Positions 23,458-36,769 are shown, counted from the whole stretch's first letter. The stretch is DNA of 60,110 nt, filler included, from Sphacelaria rigidula (GCA_964200075.2; 9 parts of 9 records of this genome joined end to end with filler, not necessarily neighbours in it); one strand, 5' to 3'. Translations and numbers: made by a program. The notes: generated from the sequence alone by a model not told the origin.

Positions 23458-24519
23458 ATTTTGGATGCTGCCAAGTGACCGCGTGTGCATCCTCAAACGA
23501 GGAACCTTAGTGTGTCGTGTGGGAGCTATCGTGGCATGAGTCTCTTGTTGAAGTTTTTCTCGCCACTCTTGTTGTCACGATTTTGAACATTGAAACCAGG
23601 TTTTGCTATTTGAAACAAGAAGAACGCATATGTGGGGGTTTCAAACCCACAATTTCTTGTGCTAACCGGTTGTCGGTGTACCGTTTGATTTTGACCATTG
23701 AGGCGCGGTAGCTTATGTACCGCATGAAGCATGTGAACTTGGTTTTAGGCTCCCAGCCCGTGTTGGAGACATCATTCAGTGTCGGTGAGACAGCGGAAGA
23801 AGCGAAAGGTAGCAGACCCTGAACAAGTACTAGGATTGGGATATCCCCCGGGGACACAGATGGGTGGATCCCTTGAGACCACGGACTCATCCCGAGGAAG
23901 GGGAGGGGTTCAAAGTGTGAGCGAAAAAAAGAAAGCTCCTTGACTACATCCCACTACAGTACTTGAACGAACAAGCTGGAGATACTCTCGAAAGAAATCG
24001 ATCGAGAGAGAGAGGCGGTAAGGAGGGGTGGATGAATAAGTGAAGAGTGGATGGGTGAAGTACTAGTAGTGCTGGTGTTCGGAGTTCGTAGCGGTATGGC
24101 GAGGATAGAGATTGAGAGGAAATGCAACGAGGGTGGACTATACGGTTTGGCAAGAATAAAAATAGGAAGGGAGGGAGAACACTATCCAGTCACGCTGAAA
24201 CAGAGTGCGAGCAAGAAGTGAGACAGGGTAGACACAAGCACGGTGTCGGCATGGGTTATAGAAGGGTGAGATGGAGAGTATGCATAGCTGATGGAACAAC
24301 AAACCTAAGACGTAGTGCACGGGTAAACGAGGGGAAAGGGGAGCAGGAACAGGTGAGTGGCCGGAAGGGGAAGGGGAAGGGGACATAGCGGCCCGAAGCA
24401 AATAGACGGAGACCAAACCGGAAACGGGAGGAAGAAAGCAAGGGAAAGTAGAAATAAAATGACGGAGAGAGATCAGTAGATGACACGAGAGCAGATAGTG
24501 ATTCGAAAAGAAAGTTGAT

Positions 24520-26580
24520 GATATGATCGTGAGACGTGTGTAGATTCGCCACAGACAAACGCAAACGAACAGAGATAGCCCAACAAGTACATAACCGCGA
24601 CCTAGATATTGTGAGAATCCAAGAGTCATGGGAGAAAGAGGGAGCGGAAATGGGATGCAAAGTTGAAGAGTGAGCATGGATAGGGAAACATCGGAAGGGA
24701 CAGAACCTCAAGAGCAACGGAGCGGGGGGAGTAGGACTCTCCATTAAGGAATACCTGTGGGACATCATAGAAGTGATCGAAGACACGAAATTCGAGAGCA
24801 TACGGATGAAGATACCAGGAGAGCGGGGAACGAAGAACTACTTCAAGGGTAGGTCGAGTAGGGTATGTACTTCTGAATACTCGGATAAAATAGCCGGGCA
24901 TTCACTCTACCTAGCGATTGGGTGTAGTGGGTACAGCCTCAATACTTACCCAATTTTTGGGTAGATACGGCCTCAAATACTCTGTCCAAATTTCGAGTAG
25001 ATTCGAGCATAACCTCAAATACTCTACCCAATATTGCGTGAACACTTTTCGCAATACCTGGGTATAAAGTATCACTAGGGTATGATATCGATACTGTACC
25101 CAAATCTCGAGTAGATTGTGTACGATCTCGAGTACTCTATCCAATTTTTGGGCACTGCGAGGATGACGTTTTAAAGATACCAAGTATTGGCTATACCCGA
25201 CCCGACCTGCCTTGTTCGTGGGGAACATGCATATATCCCCAAAATCGAAGAGTAGGGTGAACGATATGCAGCGGAGGTTCGCAGAGATAGCAGCAGATGT
25301 ACATATGTACAAAAGGCAAGTAGAAGTAATTCTGGTGGGAGGTTTTAATGCAGGGGTCGGTAGAGCAGGTCAACAGGATGGTATCATTGGGCAATACGGG
25401 GAAGATGAGAGCATGAACGGGGTAGAAATGTCTAACTGCCCTGAGAATAATGGGATGAAGACGCTGAACGATAGAGCACAAAAGCCAGAGGCGAAGTGGG
25501 CATGGACTAGAAAATGAAGACGAGAGGGAACGCTCCGTTCTTGACCATATAGTGGTGAAGCATGAAATGGTGAAGAAATGGAAATACATGTATGCGCGGA
25601 GGACGTGGGAACTGTATATCATTGCCTAGTAGGAACAGAAAGCCAACAAACGACAGCTACGAGAAATATGTGGGGTAGGAAGTTGTACAAACGGAGAATC
25701 GATAAACGAGGAATGGAAGATAGACAGCAAGAGTTCCAAGAGAGATAGCCACAACTACAGTGAAATTTTCCGAGCTGTTGGAACGCGTAGGTGAAGTTGA
25801 TACCGAAATGGAAAGAAATCGAGCAGGAGCGAACATTATAGAAGGATGGGAGCAGTTGGTCAAGAACACAACGAGTAAAGTCATAGGGAAGAAACTGATC
25901 GTATGCAACAGAGCAGCAAAATGATCGGATGAGGAAGTAGAAGAGGCTATAAAGGTGAGGAGAGAAGCCAACGTAAGATGATGGAGTACAACTACGGTAG
26001 GATGGGAGGAGTATACTACAGCTCGAAAATAAGGAAGAATATGATACAGAAGAAAAATAAGGGAGTATAACCGTGTCTTCGTGAGATTGAAAGTAGAGGA
26101 TATGATTGAGAGTGAGAAGCAGCCATTTAATGGAATAGTAGTTTTAGTTCCGAAATGACCCCCCGCGAGGCCCGATACGCTTTCTGTGGTAGCTTGCCAC
26201 TGAAGCCTTTGATATCCCTGTGTAGGATATGGACATGTAGCTGTAAGCACACCCCAGTGCTACAAGCAAAAAAACGCACACACTTGATGAAAATCTGGTC
26301 AAGTTAAAGCAAATGATCGATCCCACTCTCGATCAACGCTCGACTCTCAATCTCACGAAAACGTTGTTGTATGGGAAGATGTAGTGAAACAAATAAAGAT
26401 TTCGATGGAGGGATGAAACAAATATGGGTAGGGAAAAGACGGATCATAAGAAACCAAGCAGGAAAGACAAACGAAGGGTTAACCGCACCAGGGGCACAAA
26501 ACCGTAAAATGGTAAGCAGTAGAAGATACCAGTGCTTGTAGAGCACTACCGCAGTTGGAAGAGGAAGAACAAGTGCTAAT
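24520..26580 (+). mobile_element. Decayed LINE ORF2 (APE endonuclease and linker), interrupted by two DNA-transposon insertions
   Basis: DLDIVRIQESW, GAGGVG, ILVGGFNAGVG (GDFNA-like), GQYGE..MNG, TLNDR, DHIVV, then *SDEEVEEAIKVRR; multiple stops and frameshifts. Confidence 0.88.
24844..25214. mobile_element. TIR-bounded 371-bp insertion splitting the LINE endonuclease at KNYF|VGN
   Basis: Ends CAAGGGTAGGTCGAGTAGGGTAT / ATACCCGACCCGACCTGCCTTG; internal ATACTCT.CCCAA..TCGAGTAGAT subrepeats; removal restores the LINE frame. Confidence 0.8.
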
Positions 26581-27462
26581 AGAGCACTACCGTGTGTTGT
26601 CGTTCCGTTTATTCTGGGCACCAGTCTACACCTTTCGGTATATGTGGGCGCATCAGCCGGGNNNNNNNNNNNNNNNNNNNNNNNNNNNNNNNNNNNNNNN
26701 NNNNNTTAATTAATTAANNNNNNNNNNNNNNNNNNNNNNNNNNNNNNNNNNNNNNNNNNNNCAAGTTGGTGCTTGCGCGTATCCACTCCGCGGGCTCGGA
26801 AGACGCGCAACCCCCGACATAGCTTTAAGAAGGTCGGGGGGCATGAGGTCGTCCATGTGAAATTCATTGATCATGACTTTAGGTAAGGGAAAGCACTGTT
26901 TTCGAGTTGAAGTTCATTAAAATGTTGGACCTCAATAACGAATCCAGACTGTTACCAGGTAGTTGAAAACGGTTCGTGTGGAATCGAGTTATACCACAAA
27001 ACGTGACAGTTCGGCGAAGTGGGGTTTTTGGGGTCGTCGGATTTACCCTGATATGCATCAAAGACCCATAAAGCGTCTTACGTTTTGCCTTGTAATTGTC
27101 CTAAAAAAAAGCTCCGATCATCCTCACACCTGGTGTTTCGGTAGATATATGTAAATGAAGAACAAAAACAATCAAGAACCTTTCAAAGGTTGATCCGCTC
27201 TCCACCGGCTTCCGGGTCACAGCGTGAAGGCCCGCCAGAGGTCGGTACCGATTGCCTCAAAATAATCATTCAAATGTGCTTCGCCCCGAGGTAGTCCAAG
27301 GAACGTTTATACAGATTTGCGTCGCGTAACTCGAAAAGCTGATCCCAAACGGTTGATACAAGCTTGAACGCACCAGAAAAAGGTCGGTAGCATAGCATCC
27401 TATAAATCGAGTAATTAGGAGGATTCCCCGTATATTTGTACACATCTACGCACACGCGGACA

Positions 27463-28191
27463 ATTTCTCATGCGGGTTTTTCGAGTTAGAACCTGACATT
27501 TGGCACACGTGTTCTCCGGGATATTTTGGAACTCTGTGTTAATGGTTTTGTTTGTTATTTTCGTCAGATATCCGGGGTCCCCAATCACTCTCATCCCTGG
27601 GACCCCGGATATCTGACGAAAAAAAAACCCATCCATACAGAGTTTTGAAATATCGCGGAGAACACGTGCGCAAAATTTCGAGCTCTCAGGCCGCTCCTTA
27701 TAACAAACGAAGATGACAAAAAATCTGGAAAAGTGCCTTTTCAGAGCTTTTACGTCGTTTTACGCCCCACAAGAGAGCCAGCCAGAGTTTTACACCTTGG
27801 AATGACTCGCTCTACTAGTTGGGGTGGTTCTAGGACATCTTCCCGTTTCCCGGTGGCCGCAGTTTTTATTTTGGCCAAGCAAGAATTTTTGTCCAAGAAC
27901 GGTAAAAAACAGGCAAATCTAAAAAAATCGTGGCACTTTTCTAGATTTGAGTGTATTTTACCGTTCTTGGACAAAAATTATTGTTTGGCCAAAATAAAAA
28001 CTGCGGCCACCGGGAAACGGGAAGATGTCCTGGAACCACCCCAACTAGTAGAGCAAGTCATTCCAAGGTGTAAAACTCTGGCTAGCTCTTTTTGGGGCAT
28101 AAAACGACGTAAAATCTTTTAAAAGGCACTTTCCCAGATTTTTATTTTTGTTATAAGGAGCGACCTCACTCGAAAAACACGGGTGAGAAAT
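27463..28191. mobile_element. Older foldback element hosting the 477-bp MITE
   Basis: TTTTCGTCAGATATCCGGGGTCCC pairs with GGGACCCCGGATATCTGACGAAAA; outer arm ATTTCTCA...TTTTTCGAGT pairs with ACTCGAAAAA...TGAGAAAT once the inner MITE is removed. Confidence 0.8.
27689..28165. mobile_element. 477-bp fully palindromic PIF/Harbinger-type MITE
   Basis: 3-bp TSD TCA (27686-27688, 28166-28168); termini GGCCGCTCCTTATAACAAA / TTTGTTATAAGGAGCGACC; ~230-bp arms with a ~10-nt loop near 27930. Confidence 0.88.
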
Positions 28192-28445
28192 CGCTGGGGA
28201 ATTACTTTCGGTCAATCACCCTGAACCGGCTTATATTCCATGCCGCGAGTCAGGGCAAACACACCGCCGTTACCGTGACGGCGCAAACGCGACCCTTGTC
28301 TCCCGCCAAAATGCTAGGATATCTCAATATTCGTTATGCCGGTGAAGTGCGATAGCTCACACCATGTGCCACTCGCCCAAACATCAACCAATCGACTGAC
28401 AGTTTTATCTGTTGATTTAATCGTCTCACGTTGAACTACTGTAAA

Positions 28446-28753
28446 CAGTGTTTTCGTGAGATTGAAAGCAGATGATACGATTGAGAGTGGCTTTGATCAT
28501 TCGCTTTAAGTGAGTCATTTTTTCATTCCACTTGTGCAATTCTTTAGCTCCATCACTTGCGTGTGCTTACAGCTACACGTCGATATCCTACCACGTTGAT
28601 ATCCTAACCAGGGATACCAAGGACCTCAGTGGCCAGCTATTGCAGAAAGCATGTTGGGCCTCGTGGAAGTGCATTCCGGAACTGAAACGATTCATGATTG
28701 ACCACTTTTCACTCTCAATCGTATCATCTACTCTCAATCTCACGAAAACACTG
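28446..28753. mobile_element. 308-bp MITE with CAGTG termini (copy at 26071-26366 inside the LINE; one end at ~40285-40330)
   Basis: ~44-bp TIRs CAGTGTTTTCGTGAGATTGAAAGCAGATGATACGATTGAGAGTG / CACTCTCAATCGTATCATCTACTCTCAATCTCACGAAAACACTG; TSD degenerate so superfamily is unresolved (hAT possible). Confidence 0.85.
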
Positions 28754-29480
28754 TTTGTAATCCTCTACAAATTAATCGATCCACAATCAAGTGATCACGA
28801 CAGTTCATCCTCGCGTCACTATTATAGCAAAAACATCAACCTGATAGTTTTCACCCCGCTCCCCCCTCCCAAAAAAAAACACGGCGAATCAAGAAGGGGA
28901 CAAAATATGTAAACGGCTTCTGTATAATATATGGAAGGAACGTAATGAGAGCCCAAACGTTGGAGGTGTCTCCATGAGGAGAGGCAGCGGTGCTCCATCT
29001 CGAAAGAGGTGCGTGGTCAATGGTCAAACAACTGAGGTGAGCAACAAATGAGTACGCCCCCCCCCTTCCCCCCCTCCCCCGACAAAAAAAGAACTACGTT
29101 ACGTTCGCCGTCAGACACGGAAGACACGATACCAAGAGTTTGCACGGCACTCACTTCTGCGTTCCAACTTGATCGGGAGAATACCACCCCTTGGACCCAA
29201 ACCCAGAAGAATTTCGCGACATATCCTCTTCCGTATCGCCGCTCCTTTCTCCAACCATCGCCGTCGGGTGCCCTCCCGCCGCAGCTCTTACCCCTTGACC
29301 ACCAGCTTCCTCAGTAACACCCCCACCGCTGTTTGTATCTTGCGCACCCTCTCGTCCCCTTTCCCCAAGGCGCACATTTCTGCGGGGGGGAGTCGTCTCC
29401 GGGACCTGTTGGTGCGAAGTATGTTTACTATTTACTGTAATACCGCGGATGTGTGTTGTTGTGTTGTTGTGTGCTGTGTG

Positions 29481-29481
<1 letters not shown>

Positions 29482-29537
<56 letters not shown>
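29482..29537 (+). repeat. (TG)n microsatellite; others: (CA)n 41493-41546, (ATTATG)6 39400-39435, AT-rich tract 39600-39745
   Basis: Seen directly. Confidence 0.95.
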
Positions 29538-29539
<2 letters not shown>

Positions 29540-30731
29540 GTAGTCCCACTGCGTATGTATTATAGACGTTTCATTTCGTTCCCGTGTGAAGGTCCGTGGG
29601 GAAAAATAGTTGAATAGTTGGCAAGACAATTAAATATAGATATAGATCTATCTATATATATATATAGATAGATATTTACGTCTTAGACTTGTATGTCGTT
29701 CTGTTGGACTTGTTTCTGTTCCTTCGTTTTCTTGAACGAGTGTTTCACTTTTGGTTTTCTTGGGTACGTCTACCATGCGGCCACGGCTGGATCATGACCC
29801 ATGGGTGGTCACTTAAAGTGCGACAGTCAATCCATTGAATCAATCGATATGCATGTAGATAGATACATAGATGAGATTGTCGTGTATTAACTAAATCCAT
29901 TGCGAATCCGCAGCAGTGGTCATACGTCCGTAGTCACTGACTGAGCTTCAACACATCAGTGTCGATCGCTGAGATTCGGATTTTGCTTACTACACCACTA
30001 CGCAGTTTGATTATATTTTACTCGTAAGTGGGACTGTTGCTACCGATCAATCATGATGGGGGTACTGTAGGGTGTGTTGAAAAAACAAAAAATCTCGAAG
30101 ATACATTTCGTCGACAGGGGGTTGGTTGTGTAATGAATTGCAAACGATGAATAGGGCCGACGACTGTACCTTCAAACCGCTATCAAACTGCTGGTCAAAT
30201 TTTCCACACCCCAAGAGAGATCCCAGAATGTTTCCTGAATCAGAAAGGTACGCACTTTTGTGGGGAAAGCGGCGCAAAAGTAGATCGCAATTCAATGAGG
30301 AGCTTGCTTATGGATGATGGTCCACGGTGCATAGTGGAGAGGACGCGTCAGGGGATATTGAAATCGCGTATACTGTAGACGCTCGCAATCGACGCGAGCG
30401 CATCGACACATAGCTACAGCCCCGAACGATACAAGATAGTCGTGATGGAGTACGGTTGGCTGCATCCATGCGGAGCAAACACCAGCAATGCGTGTGCGCA
30501 ACTACTGTGTCGTTTGTCCGCTTCGAAGCGTCCAGTTCTTTGCCTGCGGTGTTTGCGCTTGTGTAGCACTGTCGCGACACACATCAACCCCCATTAGTCC
30601 CGCCGACGGGCAATGCAATACGTTCTCGACTTTAGTCGGACAAAGCTACCGACATGGACAGTTCAACCAAGAGCTCCGCACCAGCTGATCCTCACACGTA
30701 CCGAACTCAGCCTCTAAACCTGCGTCCTTAC

Positions 30732-31460
30732 CTGTAGACGACCCGAGGAAGAACCTTTGGTAGACGTCATCTCTCGACGCAGCAATATCTCCTCCACACG
30801 GCTATTGTGATTGCTGCTCAGAGCACCGTCGGTCACCGTGGTGCTCTCGACAGCACCGACCCGACCGTCAGCCATCCCGTCCGCGACAGCTCCTTCCTTG
30901 TCTGTTCCCCGCTCTTCACCCGGTTGGTCCTCTTCGGATTCACTGTGAGCTTCCCCCCTAGGTATGGTGGGGGGATAATGCCGGTCGGCTCTTGGCCAGC
31001 CAGCAGGGGGCATCAGCGATCGTCCCCATCCCCTCGAGCTCGGGCGGTGGGATGTCGCTATTCCCCGTATTCTCGCTTGTTCCCCGCGTCTGCTGATAGC
31101 GTAGGTGTCCAAGGTCGAGGACAAAGATGATACCATGCGGGCGGTGGACTGCCGTCGTTTACGGCGGTGGTAATCCTTGAGTGATTGCGCGTTGCTATCC
31201 CACGGCCTTGCCGGCAACGTCGACAGCGGTGACGACGACAGCGGCTGCCAATCGCCGTCTCTCTCCCTGTTACCCCAAAGTGCGTGTAACACACTCTTGC
31301 ATCGACGACTGTCACTGTCAGGCATTGTCGAACGTACTTTTAGCACCTTGCCGCAACGACAAGTATCGCCGCGGACGATGTAAGTTGATGACGACGCGGG
31401 GGTCACGAAGGCCTCCGCACCATAAGTCGCAGCCGCGAGCCCCGCAGTTTTCGGCGCCAC
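30732..31460 (-). CDS. Probable large low-complexity exon of an unidentified gene (5' boundary uncertain)
   Basis: GC-rich stop-free frame (part of the 380-aa ORF 30714-31856) ending at a consensus CAG|GTAAGG donor at 30731; candidate acceptor TTCCGTACCAG near 31461; contains AEAFVTP followed by an S/R-rich stretch. Confidence 0.5.
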
Positions 31461-32559
31461 TGGTACGGAATAGAAGCCAAATGGTTGTGAGAGAGCGACA
31501 GGTGTGAATAGTACGCGGGAGGTGGTCGGATGAGAGGTAGCAGGCGGGAAGCGCTGGCCAACCCGCAGTGAGGGATCTCGGGGCTGGCGATTTGATGGGA
31601 ACGAGGGAGGAGTGCAGTGAGTACGAAACAAGCAGTCAGCTTCCAGTAGTGTGCCGGCTCCTGAAACACCGAGAGCATGCAATACGCTGTTTTGTAGGAA
31701 CGCTTGATCTGCTTGATAGAAAAGAGCACGATCTCTGTCTTTTTTTGTTTCTGTCGCACTTTGAGCCCCTCCCGCACTTTGAGATTTTCGAGTCCAATAC
31801 ATCATGAAACTCAGCAAGAGTCCAAAATTTGACAGATGGTGAAAAATGGTGAACAAACAGCAACTGTGAAGTCAGCTATGGGTGGGGGGTGCATAGTGAC
31901 GCAGGGAACGAGAAAACGATCATCCCCCGGGGGTGGTTTCTACCGTGACTGTAGCATGTGCTCTTGATCTCGCATGCCATAGTCATTTGACCATTGACTT
32001 CACATCCCTACAAAGCCGAGACGGAGCACGCCGAGTTTCCGCCAGACCAGGCTCGCAAACACCAAACGAGAAGCGCCGTGATGCGTTGGGCGAGTCGCAT
32101 GAAGGGTGAGCTGCATCCTGTCCAGATGTCCGGTCCGAAGCCTACTGAATATCTTGTATATGGATGACAGCCGACAATGAGTTTTTCGCGACGAAATTTT
32201 GTGGGGCCCTTCCTTGGGTTATGCGGCGGCAAAATGTGCGCGAAAAAATGATAAAAAAAAACGTAGTGCCGTTTTTTCGGGGTCTCAGAATGGGAGCAGT
32301 GCTACGGTAGGGGTTGCACTTTTTGTTTCTGGGTCTCGTTTTTGTAGGAGCCCATATGTATGGGGCTTACTCTGCAACCCAAATCTCCGGGGACAGGACA
32401 TGGAGATGCACACAGGGGCCTTTTCGTGAATCGGCATCATTTTCAGTCTTTTTCAAGTGAAAATGATGCCGATTCTTAAAATGATCCGTGCCACACCCCG
32501 AGAAACATTTTCGCTCCAAAAGTGCAACCCTACCGTAGCATCACTTATGGAGACTACTT

Positions 32560-33000
32560 CAAAAAGTGACTTGGATCCCGTCGGACCCCCGAAAAACGGT
32601 GAAAAACTCAAAAAGTTGAAAAACCTTGCCCAAAAAAGTTGCGTGATGATACGTAGCATGTTTGTGCAAGCTTTCAGGATTAAACTCCTAATAACGGTGT
32701 GAAGGTTTGCGCGTTGGTGGAGGACGTGGGCTGGAATCGTGCAACTCCTAACTACTTGGCTTTAGTGTGGAAACGTGTTTTGGGGTGAATTTTACGTCAA
32801 GGCAAGAAAAACTGTACGAGGTTTTCGATTTTGTCCACCAAACTTTGTACATGTTTTTCTTGGACTATCCTGGGACGCATCATTTATCATGTTTCCTTCT
32901 AGGACATTCTGTACCGCCTTCCGGAGGTCTTCATACCGGGACCACCGGAAGTCGGTGGAGAACGGAGAAACCATGAAATTTCGTCAAAAGTACAATTTTT
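32560..33000. repeat. Interspersed repeat family; inverted copy at ~37290-37730 and diverged copy at ~27190-27420
   Basis: Extended collinear similarity (ATCCCGTCGGACCCC..AAAAACGGT; GGGGTGAATTTTACGTCAA.GCAAGAAAAACTGT; CTTGGACTATCC.GGGACGCATCA). Confidence 0.8.
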
Positions 33001-36000
33001 CATACGTCGGACGAGCACGAGTGTGACTCGTGGCACTCGCACTCGTCGGGCTGCTCGTTGGCCGTAAAAAATCATAGAGCGAGTACTCGAGTCATTGCTC
33101 GTTGTGGAAAAAATCAACCTCTTTGGGACCGGGCCCCCAGAAGGACCAACGAGGCTGGTTAGGAATGACGTGTCTGACGTCTGCATGAAATAGTGGCATG
33201 TTGCTGAAAATCCGGGTATGGAACCGCAGGGTTATAAAGAAGACTGAAAGCTTCATCCAATCTATTTTCAGATGCAGGGTGCGCATTAGGTTATGCACAT
33301 CTGATGTAGCAAGCAATATGGGTCGCGGTAGAGAGCTTTCAACAGGATGCGNNNNNNNNNNNNNNNNNNNNNNNNNNNNNNNNNNNNNNNNNNNNTTAAT
33401 TAATTAANNNNNNNNNNNNNNNNNNNNNNNNNNNNNNNNNNNNNNNNNNNNCTCGCATTTGGATGACAGCCTACAGTGAGTTGCTTTATTTTTTGGTATC
33501 GCCATTTCCCGAGACAGCCACAGCTTATACACTGCCTCAAGGGTGTCTCACCATTTAAACACTAGACGGAGGGGGGGGGGGGGGGGGATCGTCGGGCATA
33601 ACTCGCACCTTTGTTCCCAAACCTGCCTCGGTCACCCGATGGCGTGCTCGATCCGCGAATCGCTTATCGTACTCAACGCCAACCTGCGTGCGCCAATCAG
33701 CGTCGTCAATCAAGCACGGTCAGAGAAAATAGCAGCAGACAAGCATACCATCCATGCTTCGCGTGAGCGGCGGGCATTGCGTATGCACTATGCACGTTTA
33801 CTCCGAAATCAGCAGGTAAGGTGCGCGTCCTTGTCTCTCGTCACAAGAATCAGAGATACAATAGACACATCACCTTGATCGGCTTCACCACATCAGGTTC
33901 AACCTTAACCAGTTGGAGTTGATTCGGCCGAAGGGGCACAATCCGCATGCCTTCCCCGCCCTAATTTTTCATGCAGACGATGGAAGATCTGTGTCTGCAT
34001 GACCTCGGTGTTCTTGTTCTGCAACGGCACAGTATATGAGTGCACGTCTGATGAGTCAACACTCGTATAGACGCGAGTCCTGCGAGTTCTCTACAGAAAA
34101 TGAGGTCGACGATGAGTCGAGTCCTACGAATCATTTGAAAAATGGGTATAAGTACGACTCGAGTTCAACAAGCCGTTCGGAAAAACGATGGACGATTAAT
34201 TCAGACTTGAGTTCCACGAGTCATTCGGAAAATGAACATGAACATGACTTGAGGCGTCACAAGTCATATGGCACAACGAGATACGAGTCTGGCTCGAGTC
34301 CTTCTAGTCATGTGAGGAGGGACGGGCCTCACGTAGTGAGGACAAGCAAACGGGGGAATCAACGTTGCGACGACTGTGAGATTTAGCACCTTCCAGTGAC
34401 TGGTGAAATGTACTTTGGCAGAGAATTCACCTACAGTACCGTGAGATAGGGAAATGAACGTGGCATTTTGCGTCCGGAGCTCTACTGCCATGGGCAGTAT
34501 CCCGAGCTCCGGTACGATCGAGGTATAACTCGGGATGTACGGGAAGACGGGGACGAGTATGGCTCGGGTCTTACAGATCATTTGGGAAGATGGGGATAAG
34601 TATCGCTCGAGTCATACGTCACCCTCCGCAATGTGAGGACAAATTATTGCAATTTTCAAGTTTGTTGTTGTCTAAGGCTATTTCACATTCGGCATTGGAT
34701 TTCTGTGACAGAAAACTGTTTCGTTTTTTTCAGAATATATTTTCAGAACCAATCAGAACTTTTCAAAAAAACAAGCAGAACTTTTGAAAAAACACGCAGA
34801 ACTTTTGAAAAAACAAGCAGAACTTGAAAAAAACTGCCCAAAACGTGACCCCTCACACGTACCTGAATCCATAATAGTGTACGTATGTAGGTTTGACCCC
34901 AGTGTACGTACAGGTTGCATTTGCGAAAGGTGCGTGGGCGTTGTAGCACGATAGAAACGCGGACCGTCTCTCCCACGAGAAAAAAAGGCAGTAGCAACAG
35001 CAGTAGTATCGGCACCAACTGATTCAGACCCACCCCCAGCCGCGTACATTTACTGGCACGAAAGATGCTGCTGATACTGCACCAGCTACCGCAAAAAATT
35101 CAAGAAGCAGTGAGCGTACATCGTTCTGCACTGGACACAGTCTGCTGCACGCTACTGATGTCACTGCTTGGTTTTCCACTAACAACACTGCAGTGTGAAG
35201 CTGTGTTGGCAACAGAGGGGTCAGACAGGCGGCAAGGACAGGCCACAAGTAAAAAGTACGTTGCTTGTGCCCATGTACAGGCTATCCAAGTTGCGGCACG
35301 AACCCAGATCTGCGCGCAGGTTAAGAAATGCGGCGGGTGCCCTGTAGACAGTGTTGTTGACGCCTTGACAGTGTGTGGGCTATTTCGTCTCGAGTCAAAC
35401 GAACAAGGCGCTTCCCACACTCATGATTTCTATGCTGTTGTTGTCGCTGTGCTGTTGTGCATCTAAACACTCTACGACGATCACGGTGTGTTGTGCGCTG
35501 GAGAGTGCCCGAACAGTTGTAGTGCTGCATGCTGTGTTTCGGTCTGCACAAAGTTGGGTTGGGATCAAAGGATTAGAGGATTCATCGCCCTGTGGAGGAA
35601 TCATACTGCATTTGGTTTGGGACTAGACATAGATAATACAATTTACAATGCGACCTACTGTCTGTAACCAAAAGTATACTGGATTGTTGTTGTTGTTGTC
35701 TTCACATTAAAAACCGTTCCGATATCTGCGCGGTACATTCGTACTGGGCATCTGATGNNNNNNNNNNACATTAAAAACCGTTCAGATAACTGCGAGGTAC
35801 AATAGTACTGGGAAACAAAGGCGGACGCATGCAGGAAGAAAAGGCTAGCAAAAAAGCAAAAAAAAAAAAAATGGAACTGGATGCTCCGCAAATATAGAGA
35901 ACATACTACAGGAGAAACCCTCACGAGTTTGGACCCATCCGCACTGGAGTGCGGACAAAGGCAGTATGTACAGTATCAGATTATTTTATGTTGTATATCT

Positions 36001-36769
36001 TCGCTGGACTCAGCGGCAAGAAACAGTGAGCGTGCATCGTTCTGCACTGGACACAGCCTACTGCACGCTACTGATGTCACTGCTTGGTGTTCCACAACAA
36101 CACAACAGTGTGAAGCCATGTTGGCAACAGAGGGGTCAGGCAGGCGGCAAGGACAGGCCACAAGTAAAAAGTACGTTGTTTGTGCCCATGTACAGGCTAT
36201 CCAAGTTGCGGCACGAACCCAGATCTGCGCGCAGGTTGAGTAATGCGGCGGGTCTGGAAGTGGTCGTGAATCCAAGCAGGTCCAAGGTCTGTGTAATGAT
36301 GCAGACATCACGCAACAGCGCAACACAACACCTACACACCCAGCCCCGAAAAAACACGAACGTGTGAGTGTATCGGTATCACTTGTTTCTCACCCTAGCT
36401 TGCTAGATCAGAACGGCGCATGATTTCTCATTATGCTCCTTTTCCATCGTAACAAAGGAAAATAAAAAATAAAATGGAAGCGCGATGCAAAGCAGAGCAA
36501 TCTATACTTTATTCGAAAATGAACCTACCAGTCGTAAGTCATCGAGCTCGGACTCGTCGAACGTGTGTGTGAACAATTGAACCTCAGCTGTTATATGTTT
36601 TATCTTCGGGGATACAGAGCAATGCCGTATGACTGCCTAGCCAGGCAGTCTTTTTCTATCTAGAAAGAGCAAACATAGAAGGCAGAATACATGCAGGGGT
36701 GGCAGAGCTCCCCGTAACGCTGTTGTTGCTGCAGCAGTCGCTCTTCACCAATACGCTGGTCCAATTTAC

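Noticed and set aside
30050..30330. Coding-like remnant (GNILGSLLGCGKFDQQF); similar fragments at 18020-18600, 41970-42540, 53700-54400
   Set aside because: Stops and frameshifts, with no motif I can assign.
35700..35790. Direct repeat ACATTAAAAACCGTTC on both sides of a 10-N gap (another 10-N gap at 1157-1166)
   Set aside because: Adjacent to a scaffolding gap, so it may be an assembly effect.
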